A stretch of 64,000 bases of DNA, from NCBI GenBank assembly GCA_963796275.1, contig CAWCKY010000003.1, forward strand, positions 384,001 through 448,000. Direction: 5' to 3'. Positions 52,146-64,000 of the stretch are shown here, one piece after another. The translations under genes were made by a program, and so were the position numbers. The notes beneath the pieces were generated by a model, which did no database searches, was not told where the DNA came from, and saw nothing but the letters and a program-made list of their open reading frames with translations. Numbering within the stretch: the stretch's first letter is position 1; every line of letters starts with the position of its first letter. Source of the DNA: an uncultured Acidobacteriota bacterium (GTDB lineage Bacteria > Acidobacteriota > Blastocatellia > RBC074).

Positions 52146-53063
52146 TCATGCCATCAGCTCCTTGCGCAGATCTGCTCTCTCCCGGCGCCATTTGTCCAGC
52201 AATTTGTCGCCGTTGGCGATCACATCCAACTGAATGCTCAATAAATCGCGCGCGCGCGCGAAATCGAAATCCACTAATATCTCTTTGCCTTTCGTCTTCA
52301 ATGTGCCGAGATAGGACAACAAGTTTCCGGGCAGGGATCTTCGAGGGTCGGTCAGGTTATAGATAAATTGGCTGCGATCACAACGATAATTCCTTTCCCG
52401 CTCGAGCTTTCGGTTCTCCCGCCAGCTTCCCCCACGAAAATGATGAATCCTGCTCCGCGGAACGAGTGCTACTGAGAAGCCGTGATAAGAAGCGCGGCGG
52501 CAAAAATCTATCTCTTCGTAGAAGGCGAAGTAGATCGGATCGAGCAGGCCGATCTTCTCCAATACTTGACGCTTTATGGCAAAGCAAGCGCCTTCGACCC
52601 ATCCGACTGGTATCCATAGCCGGGTCGGATCCTTCAACTCGTCGATATTCTCGCGCATTGCGTCCAAGGTCCAACTATTGAATTCGTCGTCATCATAATT
52701 GAGCTGTACAGAGCCGAGGATCCCGATCCGTTCATCATTCTCTCCTACTCTGATGAGCTCCTTGAGCCAATGCGGTGTTACCTTAGTGTCCTGATTAAGT
52801 AGCACTACGTAATCGGCTCCGGCGGAGAGCGCGGCTCTGATGCCGATATTGTTACCCTCTGAGAAGCCATTGTTCTGGTTGTTGAGAATCACCGTTATCT
52901 GAGGATATTGATAGCGCACCAGTTCTATACTCTTATCGACTGAAGAATTATCTACCAGTATTATCTCAAGATTCGGGTATTCGGTGGCCAATACAGACGA
53001 GATGCAAGGTTCGAGCCAGCGGCCGCCATTGTAACTGAGGATAATGATATATACGGACGGCAT
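52146..53063 (-). CDS. GT2 glycosyltransferase
   Basis: VDNSSVD, NNGFSEGNNIG, LNQDT, FYEEID. Confidence 0.93.
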   Translation of the reverse strand: MPSVYIIILSYNGGRWLEPCISSVLATEYPNLEIILVDNSSVDKSIELVRYQYPQITVILNNQNNGFSEGNNIGIRAALSAGADYVVLLNQDTKVTPHWLKELIRVGENDERIGILGSVQLNYDDDEFNSWTLDAMRENIDELKDPTRLWIPVGWVEGACFAIKRQVLEKIGLLDPIYFAFYEEIDFCRRASYHGFSVALVPRSRIHHFRGGSWRENRKLERERNYRCDRSQFIYNLTDPRRSLPGNLLSYLGTLKTKGKEILVDFDFARARDLLSIQLDVIANGDKLLDKWRRERADLRKELMA

Positions 53064-53089
53064 AAATAATTATAGTAGGGGTTGGGGCG

Positions 53090-54280
53090 CTAAATTATCC
53101 ACCGCGCACCCTCACCGAATTCCGCGTCTCTGCGGTCAATCGTGTCGGTTCGCTGAATAATCTTGGAATCACTGAAATCTTGGTTTACACGCGATTCCGA
53201 TTCACGATGGTTTAAGAGCAAACTCTCTAGCGAGTCGACCGCCCGCTTCCATGTGTACTTTTGTATATGCCGGTTTCCAGCCTCGGCGATTCTTACTCGC
53301 AGGCGATCATCACGCACCGCTCGCAGAAGTTGTTCCGCCAGCATGGCCGGTTGTTTGATCGGAGCCAGGAGCGCTGACTCTTCGTCATCCGCAAAATCTA
53401 GTACCCCTTGATTTGCTGCGGCTACCAGCGCGCATCCGCAACTCATCGCCTCTGCTGACGGGAGCCCCCAGCCTTCGGTCCAACTCGGGTGGAGAAAGAT
53501 TGAACAAGAATTATAAAGCGCCGGCAACTCATTCGTTGAAGGCTGTTGCACGTATGTGATCCAATCGGGCACATTCGGCGGGCGCCGATGCGTCCCAAAT
53601 AACACAGCCTCCAGTTCCGGAACCTGTTTCCGGACGCTTTCCAGAGCGGCCAATCCGTCTGGCGTCCCCTTCCAATCGGACGGATGAGTCATCATTCCGA
53701 CTCGGTGAGCAGGACGGTCGCATATCGGCGTCGTCAGTTTAAAGTGGGTGAAATCTATTCCGTTTGGAATATGGGTGGTCCGCTCTCCCTCTCCCATCCC
53801 TTCTGCCAGATTCAAAAGCCAGTGAGCGATTACGATTTTATGTAATGGTAGCATCCATGTACGGTTCACCTCATCTACCGCTCCGTCCCAGACTTCGTGA
53901 TGTTGAATCAGATAATATTTACGCCCTTTGCTTACCGCATAACCACTGACCCAGAATGCCGTCTGGTAACCGGTGGCGAAAATAACATCCCCGTCCGGGA
54001 TGAAACCTTCGCGAAGGTCTCGGACTAACAGCATCCTCACGTCATCGCGGATCTGGAACCAGGGAGCCGTCTTGCCATCTCGCCATTTGATTTTATAGGG
54101 CCATAAGTGACTTTTTATTGTCTGCATCAACCCAGTCTGTGGCGATACATTTCGCGGATGCACTACCGTCACGCGATGTCCGCGCGCCTGCAGGTGGTTC
54201 GCATACTCATAAACCACCTTGAATCCGCCAGCGGGAGCGCTCAAATATCGAGGTAAGACTAAAGTGATCTCCATCGTCAT
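53090..54280 (-). CDS. GT4 glycosyltransferase
   Basis: GGFKVVYEYAN, YYLIQHHE, EGWGLPSAEAMSCG; start at internal ATG. Confidence 0.9.
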   Translation of the reverse strand: MTMEITLVLPRYLSAPAGGFKVVYEYANHLQARGHRVTVVHPRNVSPQTGLMQTIKSHLWPYKIKWRDGKTAPWFQIRDDVRMLLVRDLREGFIPDGDVIFATGYQTAFWVSGYAVSKGRKYYLIQHHEVWDGAVDEVNRTWMLPLHKIVIAHWLLNLAEGMGEGERTTHIPNGIDFTHFKLTTPICDRPAHRVGMMTHPSDWKGTPDGLAALESVRKQVPELEAVLFGTHRRPPNVPDWITYVQQPSTNELPALYNSCSIFLHPSWTEGWGLPSAEAMSCGCALVAAANQGVLDFADDEESALLAPIKQPAMLAEQLLRAVRDDRLRVRIAEAGNRHIQKYTWKRAVDSLESLLLNHRESESRVNQDFSDSKIIQRTDTIDRRDAEFGEGARWII

Positions 54281-54605
54281 GACCTGGCGAAATGTGGATG
54301 ATCGAATGCTATTTAGAGTTCGTATTTCCGGCACCGGATAGATTAATTGCTGAATACACTGGACTAAACTTGTGCGTTGGGCTTCAAAAGTGGTTCCAGC
54401 CAGATTCCAACATCCACATAGAGTTAAGATTTCATCGCATCGATACACCTTACCCAGTAACTTCAAACCATAAAGGAAACCTCGTGTCGAGGCAGCATCA
54501 AATTTACTAGTTGGGAGCCGGCAGCCGACAGCCGGCCCGCATTCACGTCTGGCGATTAGCGATCGGCATTCACCTTCCGGCTAAAACTACACTACCGTCA
54601 ACCGG

Positions 54606-56927
<2,322 letters not shown>

Positions 56928-57031
56928 TATTGTCGACCTTGAATGGATTAACCCCTCGAACTGCATCGAGCGCAGGGAACCCCCAACCGGAGCGCATCCC
57001 GTGCATTTCGCCTGCACCCGCCCGCGTTACA

Positions 57032-58201
57032 TTAGGGAATGATATAGATAGGCAAGGTGGCGGCTAGGCCAAACCCCACGCCCATAGCTCTACGCGCAAT
57101 GTTGCTTTTAAGCGAGCTCGGGACATCGACCACATCATTGGGCATCAGGGTGATGTCTTCGCCTTTCTGCTTCTGAATCTCGTTGATGTCGTATACGTAT
57201 TCCGTTCGAGTGTTCGTGCCGGGCTCTGTCCGAACAACTTTCACCTTGCCTTTGGAAGCATCTGCCGTAAATCCTCCGGCCATGCCGATCGCCTGAATCA
57301 AGGTGATTTTGTTCCGCACCGGAAGCGCGCCTGGTTTGACTACCTGGCCGACCACAAATATCTGATCGGTTTCCGGGATGCTGATGATGTCGCCTGACAT
57401 GACAAAAGGATTGGAATTGGGGTTGCCAAGGAGCACCTCCTGTAATCTGAAGGTGAGAAGGAACGCCTGGCTTTGATCGATCGTCGACTGTAATGAAGCT
57501 TGATCGGGGAGGGGAGCGGCTGCGGGAGCTGATTGCTGTTGATCGGTAGCCGAAGAGCTCGTAATGTCTGGTTGAGCAGCGACAGGAACGATGGCTGGAA
57601 CTGGAGTTCGAGGGCTTGCGTCGCCCGCGCCTGTCTCAATCAACTCGCAGAAATCGGGGGCGCTGCCGCGGATGATATGAACGGCACCGCCGGCGCTTAG
57701 TATCGGCCCTCCGGAGTATGTTAGAAGTTCGAGCAAACGGACGCGGCGCTGAAGCTGAAACCTTCCCGGCTTCGCGACCGAGCCGATGACAGCCACTGGC
57801 TGGCTGTTATATTCCTTGACGAATACATCGACCTGCGGGTCGCGCAGATACTTTTTATATTTTTCCGCGATAAGTTGCGCCAATTCCGCCTCGGTTTTGC
57901 AGGCGACCCGTAGGTCCGGGAGGAACGGGAGGCGGATCGTGCCATGATTGCCGATCCGCTGCTCGCGCCCGAGCTCGGGACGACCGAAGACGCGCACTTC
58001 GAGCACATCTCCCGGCCCGACTCGATAACTGTCATCGTCTTTCGGGTCGCCGGCGCTGGTTATATATCCTGGGTCTTGGGCTGGCGTTATCTCCGGGGTC
58101 GGTGCTGGTTGCTGCTGTGCTAATGCGAACGCGGGTAGAAAAACAGCCAGAAATGAAAGAGCGGAAAATATTTTGAAAGTGGGGCAAATATTTCGCTTCA
58201 T
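57032..58201 (-). CDS. wza: Polysaccharide export protein (Wza/OPX, SLBB domains)
   Basis: YRVGPGDVL, GTIRLP, YLRDPQV, GSVAKPG, AIGMAGG; no obvious lipobox Cys. Confidence 0.92.
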   Translation of the reverse strand: MKRNICPTFKIFSALSFLAVFLPAFALAQQQPAPTPEITPAQDPGYITSAGDPKDDDSYRVGPGDVLEVRVFGRPELGREQRIGNHGTIRLPFLPDLRVACKTEAELAQLIAEKYKKYLRDPQVDVFVKEYNSQPVAVIGSVAKPGRFQLQRRVRLLELLTYSGGPILSAGGAVHIIRGSAPDFCELIETGAGDASPRTPVPAIVPVAAQPDITSSSATDQQQSAPAAAPLPDQASLQSTIDQSQAFLLTFRLQEVLLGNPNSNPFVMSGDIISIPETDQIFVVGQVVKPGALPVRNKITLIQAIGMAGGFTADASKGKVKVVRTEPGTNTRTEYVYDINEIQKQKGEDITLMPNDVVDVPSSLKSNIARRAMGVGFGLAATLPIYIIP

Positions 58202-58301
58202 CCTCATTCTCCTCCTGATCATCCGTCAATTAATATAGGTAATGGCCTTTGTTGGGAAGCGCTGAGATTTTTATCTCAATAGTTTACCTGGGAGTAATTA
58301 A

Positions 58302-58331
58302 AGTATCGCCGATGCTCTCGATGGCTGTCAA
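58302..58331 (-). promoter_or_regulatory. sigma70 promoter for the wza operon
   Basis: TTGACA-18-GATACT on the minus strand. Confidence 0.55.
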
Positions 58332-58497
58332 TTCTGCCCGGTTGTTATCTGGTGTAAAAATCGATATTGCAGAGAAAAATAGAAGTCAGATGGACCACAC
58401 GTCCGCTGGAGTTAGGCCGCTCTTTCAGCCGTTACGTATGAAGACCAAGATCAAGACCAATTTTTCAAAAATGACGGAAATTAGGAATTGAATTCTC

Positions 58498-58526
58498 TTG
58501 CCCACAGCAAACGAATCCGCTAGGCT
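58498..58526 (+). promoter_or_regulatory. sigma70 promoter for the TPR gene (near-leaderless)
   Basis: TTGCCC-17-TAGGCT ending 10 nt before ATG 58537. Confidence 0.45.
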
Positions 58527-58536
58527 CTGATCTCTT

Positions 58537-59895
58537 ATGGTCAAAATTTCGCTTCGCCCCTTCATTGTACGTCTCAGCTTATTACTTGTTCTGGCTGCTG
58601 GTCTCGGGCTACTCGGGTGGTTTATCGCTCGCGCAGCAATAGGCGACAGCTATATGACTTACGTCGAACGAAGCGCAGTTTTATCTACCGAGGGGAGGAT
58701 GGAAGGGGCCGATCTCGCAATCAAATTTTCACCGCACGATCCGCTGGTCCACTGGCAGCGGGGTGGGGTTTATTTCAACGCCGCCATTGAAGACTTGGCG
58801 GATGAGCACCTGGGCGTCGCGGTCGAAGAGCTGCGCCGGGCCGCCCGGATGAACCCGGAGGATTACCGTGTCTGGCTGACGCTTGGGCGCGTACTCGACC
58901 AGACGGGTTCGACTGCCGAGGCGCGCGCCGCGCTCGAGCGCGCACTGCAGTTGGCTCCCAAACATTTCGAGCCACGTTGGGCAATGGGCAACCACCTATT
59001 GCGCCAGGGAGACCTCGATGGTTCGTTCGCCCAAATGCGGCTGGCGCTGGCCAACCGCCCTGCCGCTCTACCGCTCATCTTCGATTATGCCTGGGGAGTC
59101 TATCAGGGAGATGGGAAGGCTATCGCTGAAGCCCTGGCGCCTCCGCCGGAGATAAAAGTGCAGATGATCTCTTTGCTCATCTCACGCGGCCAGGTGGAAG
59201 AGGGGCTATCTTTGTGGAGCGAGATGCCTTCACCGGGGTTAAAGGATGTGCAGAGAGTGACCGAGTGCCTAATCGACGCCGGGCGATTTGCCGCTGCTTA
59301 CGATATCTGGAGCAAGGCCGGCATTCCCGATCGCCCTGCGGCTGACGAGCATTCCCTGCTCGCCAATAGCAGCTTCGAACAAACATTTACATCAGAATCC
59401 AAGACGCCATTCTATGCCTGGAGGACATCCAGGCCTGCCGGAGTGCGGGTCACGCTCGACCGGAAAGATGCGCTCGCCGGAGATCAGAGCCTGCGAGTCA
59501 GCTTTAACGTAGATCAGAATGTCGCGATCATCCTGGCTGCCCAGACAGTCCCCGTCAAACCGAAAAAAAAGTATTGTCTGAGCTTTTTTGTGAGGACAGA
59601 AGAGCTGGAGAGCCTGAGCACGCCGTTGGTCGAGATCTACGATTCGGCGGACATGAAGCGCGTCCGCGCCGCTACCGCGCCCTTCCCGACGCGCGATAAC
59701 ACGTGGGCCGAGTATGTGATTTCGCTCGACACCGCGGCGGATACCGAAGCCTTATCGATCCGCCTGCTGCGCCCGCCCTGTGCTGAATCGCCGTGCCCGA
59801 TTTTCGGGCGCCTCTGGCTCGATGATTTCAAGCTGCTTGAGTGCGAAAGTGTGAGGAAGCCTGAGAATGACAAGCCGTTGACTATTGCGAATTGA
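58537..59895 (+). CDS. Membrane-anchored TPR protein with C-terminal carbohydrate-binding (CBM4/9-like) beta-sandwich
   Basis: N-terminal TM; TPRs (AARMNPEDYRVWLTLGRVL, ALQLAPKHFEPRWAMGNHLL); LLANSSFE…LWLDDFKL. Confidence 0.8.
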   Translation: MVKISLRPFIVRLSLLLVLAAGLGLLGWFIARAAIGDSYMTYVERSAVLSTEGRMEGADLAIKFSPHDPLVHWQRGGVYFNAAIEDLADEHLGVAVEELRRAARMNPEDYRVWLTLGRVLDQTGSTAEARAALERALQLAPKHFEPRWAMGNHLLRQGDLDGSFAQMRLALANRPAALPLIFDYAWGVYQGDGKAIAEALAPPPEIKVQMISLLISRGQVEEGLSLWSEMPSPGLKDVQRVTECLIDAGRFAAAYDIWSKAGIPDRPAADEHSLLANSSFEQTFTSESKTPFYAWRTSRPAGVRVTLDRKDALAGDQSLRVSFNVDQNVAIILAAQTVPVKPKKKYCLSFFVRTEELESLSTPLVEIYDSADMKRVRAATAPFPTRDNTWAEYVISLDTAADTEALSIRLLRPPCAESPCPIFGRLWLDDFKLLECESVRKPENDKPLTIAN

Positions 59896-61184
59896 GCTGT
59901 CGGAAAGGAAATATCCTGGAAAGAGCCATCTACATATCGATTCTTTTGCTGCTCATTCTGACGCCGATCCCATATGGGGCGGTCGAATCGTGGTCAACCG
60001 CGCTATGGGAGCTATGGGTATTTGCGACGATGATTTTGTGGGGGGTGCTCGTGGTAAAAGAGGGCAGGCTCGATCTCACCGCGAATCCGCTGATCTGGCC
60101 GATGTTGGCCCTCCTGATCGTCGCGATCGTTCAGTTTCTGCCGCTGGCCGACGGCGAGCGGGGGACGATCAGTTATAACTCATATTCCACTCTACAGGCG
60201 GCAATCAAGCTCTTCACCTCGATCTCTTTCTTAATTCTTTTTGCCAGCTTTGTAAACACGGATGAACGCCGGAATATCGCGATCAAAGTAATCATAGGGG
60301 TGTGTGTATTGATCGCGCTGGTAGGGATCGGCCAGAGTTACATCGGAAAGATGATCTGGCAGCGCGGCTCGTACGGGCCGTTCGTCAACCGGAACCACTT
60401 CGCGGGTTTTCTTGAAATGGGTGTGGGCCTGGTGGGCGGGCTGATCATTGGACGCAGCGTGCGCCGGGAAATGATGGCGGTTTATGTGAGCTGCGCGCTG
60501 GCGATGTGCGCGGGCATCGTGCTATCGGCTTCGCGCGGCGGAGCGCTGGCGCTCGTAGCGGAAGTAATCTTTCTGGCAATCGTGGCTATTCCTACCTTCA
60601 TTTCATCACGGAGCGTAGATAGACAGAGGCGTTTGGGTTTAATCGTTCGATCGGCCGGAGCGATGGTGTTGGGCATCGCTGCTATTTTCGGTTCGTTGTT
60701 CCTGGTCGGATCCGAAGGACTGGTGCAGAACATCGCTCAGTCGCAGAGTGAGAGTCAGAACGAGCTGCTGGCAAGCGAGCGTTACAGCCGGCGCGACATC
60801 TGGAGCGCGACGAGCAATATGATCAAGGACCACCCCTGGCTCGGCGTCGGCCTTGGCGCTTATCAGTTCGCCTACACGCGGTACGACCAGAGCTCCGGCA
60901 TACAGCGCGTGGAGCAAGCGCACAATGACTATTTGCAGATAGTGGCCGATGCCGGATTGATTGGCGGATCGATAGTTCTGGTATTCGTGATACTGCTCTT
61001 CGCGCGAGGCGTCTCGGCGGCGCAAGCGAGGGACCGGCGCAGGCGTTCGATCATCCTCGGCGCATTGGCAGGCTGCTTCGCCATAGCTATCCACAGCTTC
61101 GTCGAATTCAACCTTCAGATTACCTCTAACGCACTGTTATTCCTCGCACTGGCCGCATTGGCTACGGAAAAAATTGATAATTGA
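59892..61184 (+). CDS. O-antigen ligase family (Wzy_C) membrane protein
   Basis: PYGAVESWS, GPFVNRNHFAGFLEM, SASRGG, HPWLGVGLGAY, AHNDYLQ, HSFVEFNLQI. Confidence 0.9.
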   Translation: MSCRKGNILERAIYISILLLLILTPIPYGAVESWSTALWELWVFATMILWGVLVVKEGRLDLTANPLIWPMLALLIVAIVQFLPLADGERGTISYNSYSTLQAAIKLFTSISFLILFASFVNTDERRNIAIKVIIGVCVLIALVGIGQSYIGKMIWQRGSYGPFVNRNHFAGFLEMGVGLVGGLIIGRSVRREMMAVYVSCALAMCAGIVLSASRGGALALVAEVIFLAIVAIPTFISSRSVDRQRRLGLIVRSAGAMVLGIAAIFGSLFLVGSEGLVQNIAQSQSESQNELLASERYSRRDIWSATSNMIKDHPWLGVGLGAYQFAYTRYDQSSGIQRVEQAHNDYLQIVADAGLIGGSIVLVFVILLFARGVSAAQARDRRRRSIILGALAGCFAIAIHSFVEFNLQITSNALLFLALAALATEKIDN

Positions 61185-61270
61185 TAATGGATAATTGATA
61201 ATAAGCGGCTACGCACCTTCTCACACTATTAATTGCATAACTATCAATTATCAATTATCAATTATCATTC
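61172..61270. repeat. Inverted heptamer tandem arrays (AATTGAT)4 … (ATCAATT)3-4
   Basis: Direct reading; the ligase stop codon lies inside the left array. Confidence 0.85.
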
Positions 61271-61276
61271 TCTTCT

Positions 61277-62533
61277 ATGGACAAATTTCGCATCATCGGT
61301 GGCAGACGATTGAGCGGGAGCGTCGCGATCAGCGGGGCGAAAAATTCGGCATTGCCCTGTCTGGCAGCTTCGCTGCTCACGCCCGAGCCCGTGACTTTAC
61401 GCAACGTGCCATACGTCCGCGATCTGATCACAATGCGCCGGCTGCTCGAAGACCTGGGCTGCACCGTACTGGTGCCCGAACTGCGCACGCACCGGATCAG
61501 CGCGGATTCGGTAGAGAATTATGAAGCACCTTACGACCTGGTCAAAACCATGCGAGCCTCGGTGCTCGTGCTCGGCCCGCTCATCGCGCGCTTTGGGAAG
61601 GCGCGCGTCAGTCTCCCCGGCGGCTGCGCGATCGGTCAACGTCCCATCGATTTTCATCTCATGGCGCTCGAACGTATGGGCGCCAAAATCGAACTGCACA
61701 ACGGCATAGTCGAAGCCCACTCATCCAGATTACGAGGGGCAGACATCGCATTCGAAACAGTGACCGTGACGGGGACTGAGAACGTGATGATGGCTGCGGC
61801 GCTCGCCGAAGGCACGACTCGTATCAATAACGCCGCTTGCGAACCGGAAGTGGTCGATCTGGCCAATCTGATGACGAAGATGGGGGCCAGGATCCAAGGA
61901 GCAGGCACGCCCACGATGATAATTTCCGGTGTTGACGCTCTCGGCGGGGCGGATCACGAGATCATTCCAGATCGCATAGAAACGGGTACATTCCTGGTTG
62001 CCGGCGCGATTACGCGCAGCGATCTGGAGATCACCCGGTGTGAGCCCGACCATCTGATTGCCGTCATCGAGAAGTTGCGCGAAGTCGGCGTCAGGATCGA
62101 GCAGGCGGGCGAGCGCACGCTCAAGGTTGCGAGCGACGGCAAATTGCGCGGGGTCGATGTCACTACGGCTGTCTATCCGGGGTTCCCGACAGATATGCAG
62201 GCTCAATATATGGCACTGATGACGCAGGCCGAGGGCGATTCGGTCGTGACGGAAACGATCTTTGAGAACAGGTTTATGCACGCGAGCGAACTGCAGCGTC
62301 TCGGCGCGCGCGTCCGTACGCACGGTCATTCGGCATACGTGCAGGGCCCGACATTGCTGACGGGCGCAAAACTGATCGCATCAGACCTGCGAGCTTCGGC
62401 ATCGCTCGTCATAGCTGGACTGACGGCGCAGGATGAAACCTGGATCGATCGCGTCTATCACATCGACCGCGGGTACGAGAGGATTGAAGAGAAATTACGT
62501 TCGGTTGGAGCGGATATCGAAAGAGTGAAATGA
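61277..62533 (+). CDS. murA: UDP-N-acetylglucosamine 1-carboxyvinyltransferase
   Basis: SGAKNSALP, MRAS, LPGGCAIGQRP (catalytic Cys), PDRIE, PGFPTD, DLRA, HIDRGYE. Confidence 0.98.
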   Translation: MDKFRIIGGRRLSGSVAISGAKNSALPCLAASLLTPEPVTLRNVPYVRDLITMRRLLEDLGCTVLVPELRTHRISADSVENYEAPYDLVKTMRASVLVLGPLIARFGKARVSLPGGCAIGQRPIDFHLMALERMGAKIELHNGIVEAHSSRLRGADIAFETVTVTGTENVMMAAALAEGTTRINNAACEPEVVDLANLMTKMGARIQGAGTPTMIISGVDALGGADHEIIPDRIETGTFLVAGAITRSDLEITRCEPDHLIAVIEKLREVGVRIEQAGERTLKVASDGKLRGVDVTTAVYPGFPTDMQAQYMALMTQAEGDSVVTETIFENRFMHASELQRLGARVRTHGHSAYVQGPTLLTGAKLIASDLRASASLVIAGLTAQDETWIDRVYHIDRGYERIEEKLRSVGADIERVK

Positions 62534-62607
62534 CAGCGGCGGGGGGGCCGAATGCACAGAGTGAAGCTTCGCAACCGTCTTCCCGTGCTCACGGCGCAAT
62601 CCCGCAA

Positions 62608-63999
62608 TCATCCATTATCTTCCAGATTCACGGCCAGCCTTCCTGCCTTCCAAAGCCCGATTATGCCCAGCAACAGACAGCTCAAACAGGCGAAGCGAAA
62701 GAGACGGTAAGTTCGCTCCGATGATAGACTGCCCGGATTCCAACCGCGAAACAGGACGGGCGTCGGAATCGCCAGATTGCGAAGATCAATCTGCTTCGTT
62801 ACCGGCGCGCCGGGAGGACGAGCGAACCACCAGAATGGTTCGGGCGGCCATGGCTCGGGTTGGCTGGCACGGCCCAGTCTTGCGCTTCCCCATATGCGTA
62901 ACAAATGGAGATTGAATCGCAGATGGTTGAAGCGGGGATCGTGTTGGAACGCTTCCAGCGTCGATTGCGAACTGTTGATTGCTGCAACATAGAGGCACCC
63001 ATAATGAAAGACGATGCCGAGAAACGAGACGACCACTCCCAGGACTACCGTAGCGACTAGCAGCATTTCTTGTCTCAAACGAAATGGCTTTCCCGACACC
63101 GTGGCCGCGAAACAGATCACGAGCGGGGCGATTGCGGAATGAAGGTATCGTGGCCCCCACGTCTCCTCCGTCCACACAACCATCAGGGCGAAGCCGCCGG
63201 CCAAACCGCTTAAAGTGAGGAGCGCCCAAATTACAATCGCCGGTTGAACTTTAAAAGCGCGACGGATGGCCAGGAAACTGAGGATGACGATGGGTGCGTA
63301 GATCAACAGACTCTTATTCGCCGACCCGAAGTAATCGAAGATATTCATAACGAGTGTCAGCGGAGAATCGATGAGTATCGTTGCCAGGTAGTTTTCTTCC
63401 CCACCTTGACTCGCCCAATAAGTGTTGCGCGTGTATCGGTTCGAGATAATCGAGCCGACCACTACCGCCACGATGAAGGCATACCTCAACCAATTCCGTT
63501 TAGTCCGCGGCGCTGAATCTTTCGTGAAATAGAGCAAAAGCAGGAATCCCACCGCCGGTATCAGAAATATGCCGTTCATTTTGGCGCTCACGGCCACCGC
63601 GCATGCCAGGCCGACCTGCGCTGCCTCGAGCCAGGTATCTTTTTTCTCTCTTATCAAAACGATGTATGAACCATAAAACAGAAAGAGCGATTGCGTTGTT
63701 TCCATCCCTATGTATGCATAGGGCCACAACATTGTCGACACGCCTGTGAAGAGGGCCAGGCAGTAGCCCCAGACACAGCTCCCCGTCAATTTTCTCGTCC
63801 AGACCAAGATCAAGGCGCAGAGCAGTGAGGTAGCCAATATTGTTTGCAACAGCAGGATACGCCCCATCCAGATGCGCGACTCGCCGAATAAAACCCGGCT
63901 CAGCAGGATGAAAGGTACTTCCAGAATCGTTTCCGTGCAGCCGTGATGCGTCCAATTTATCTCGGAGAGGGGGGCCAGCTTCGCCAGGTTTATCAGATT
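62608..63999 (-). CDS. Polytopic membrane protein, GT-C (ArnT/PMT-like) candidate; 5' end outside window
   Basis: Frame stays open from ATG 63867 to the window edge; many TMs; WPYA, K after TM, TWGPRYL motif. Confidence 0.7.
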   Translation of the reverse strand, partial: NLINLAKLAPLSEINWTHHGCTETILEVPFILLSRVLFGESRIWMGRILLLQTILATSLLCALILVWTRKLTGSCVWGYCLALFTGVSTMLWPYAYIGMETTQSLFLFYGSYIVLIREKKDTWLEAAQVGLACAVAVSAKMNGIFLIPAVGFLLLLYFTKDSAPRTKRNWLRYAFIVAVVVGSIISNRYTRNTYWASQGGEENYLATILIDSPLTLVMNIFDYFGSANKSLLIYAPIVILSFLAIRRAFKVQPAIVIWALLTLSGLAGGFALMVVWTEETWGPRYLHSAIAPLVICFAATVSGKPFRLRQEMLLVATVVLGVVVSFLGIVFHYGCLYVAAINSSQSTLEAFQHDPRFNHLRFNLHLLRIWGSARLGRASQPEPWPPEPFWWFARPPGAPVTKQIDLRNLAIPTPVLFRGWNPGSLSSERTYRLFRFACLSCLLLGIIGLWKAGRLAVNLEDNG

Positions 64000-64000
64000 A

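Noticed and set aside
54383-54398. sigma54-like TGGAACCACTTTTGAA on the minus strand upstream of the GT4 gene
   Set aside because: Lacks the conserved -12 GC; weak match
61172-61270. CRISPR-like array
   Set aside because: 7-bp tandem units without unique spacers; no cas genes

Overview
This 64-kb window looks like Acidobacteriota DNA, probably Blastocatellia-like. That is an inference from the Oar-type TonB-dependent receptors, the DUF1549/PSCyt1 cytochrome and the repeat families. It contains five blocks. (1) A partial planctomycete-type cytochrome c/DUF1549 gene at the left edge. (2) A sigma54 module: a 2xGAF FhlA-like activator lies between two -24/-12 promoters, each preceded by a tandem TGAC-N8-GTCA-like site. 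One promoter faces a beta-barrel gene and the other a STAS-RND efflux operon. The permease has two +1 frameshifts, and an IS4 (IS50-like) element sits exactly in a REP hairpin ahead of the outer-membrane factor. (3) A carbohydrate-uptake locus: an esterase, two Tat-exported Gfo/Idh/MocA oxidoreductases, an ExuT-like MFS transporter and three tandem TonB-dependent receptors, with overlapping divergent sigma70 promoters. (4) A ~29-kb Wza/Wzc/Wzy-type surface polysaccharide locus. It has a WecA with a GAF-like C-terminal tail, a bi-domain oxidoreductase, a heparinase II/III-like protein, an AsnB-type amidotransferase, a GT87, a possible novel GH-A-like secreted protein and no visible Wzx flippase. 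A divergent TPR-CBM / O-antigen-ligase pair leads into murA. (5) A partial GT-C-like membrane protein at the right edge. Intergenic spaces carry at least five REP/MITE-like families plus 7-mer arrays that supply stop codons. No CRISPR array, rRNA or tRNA was seen. All product calls come from motif recognition by eye; no database searches were run.
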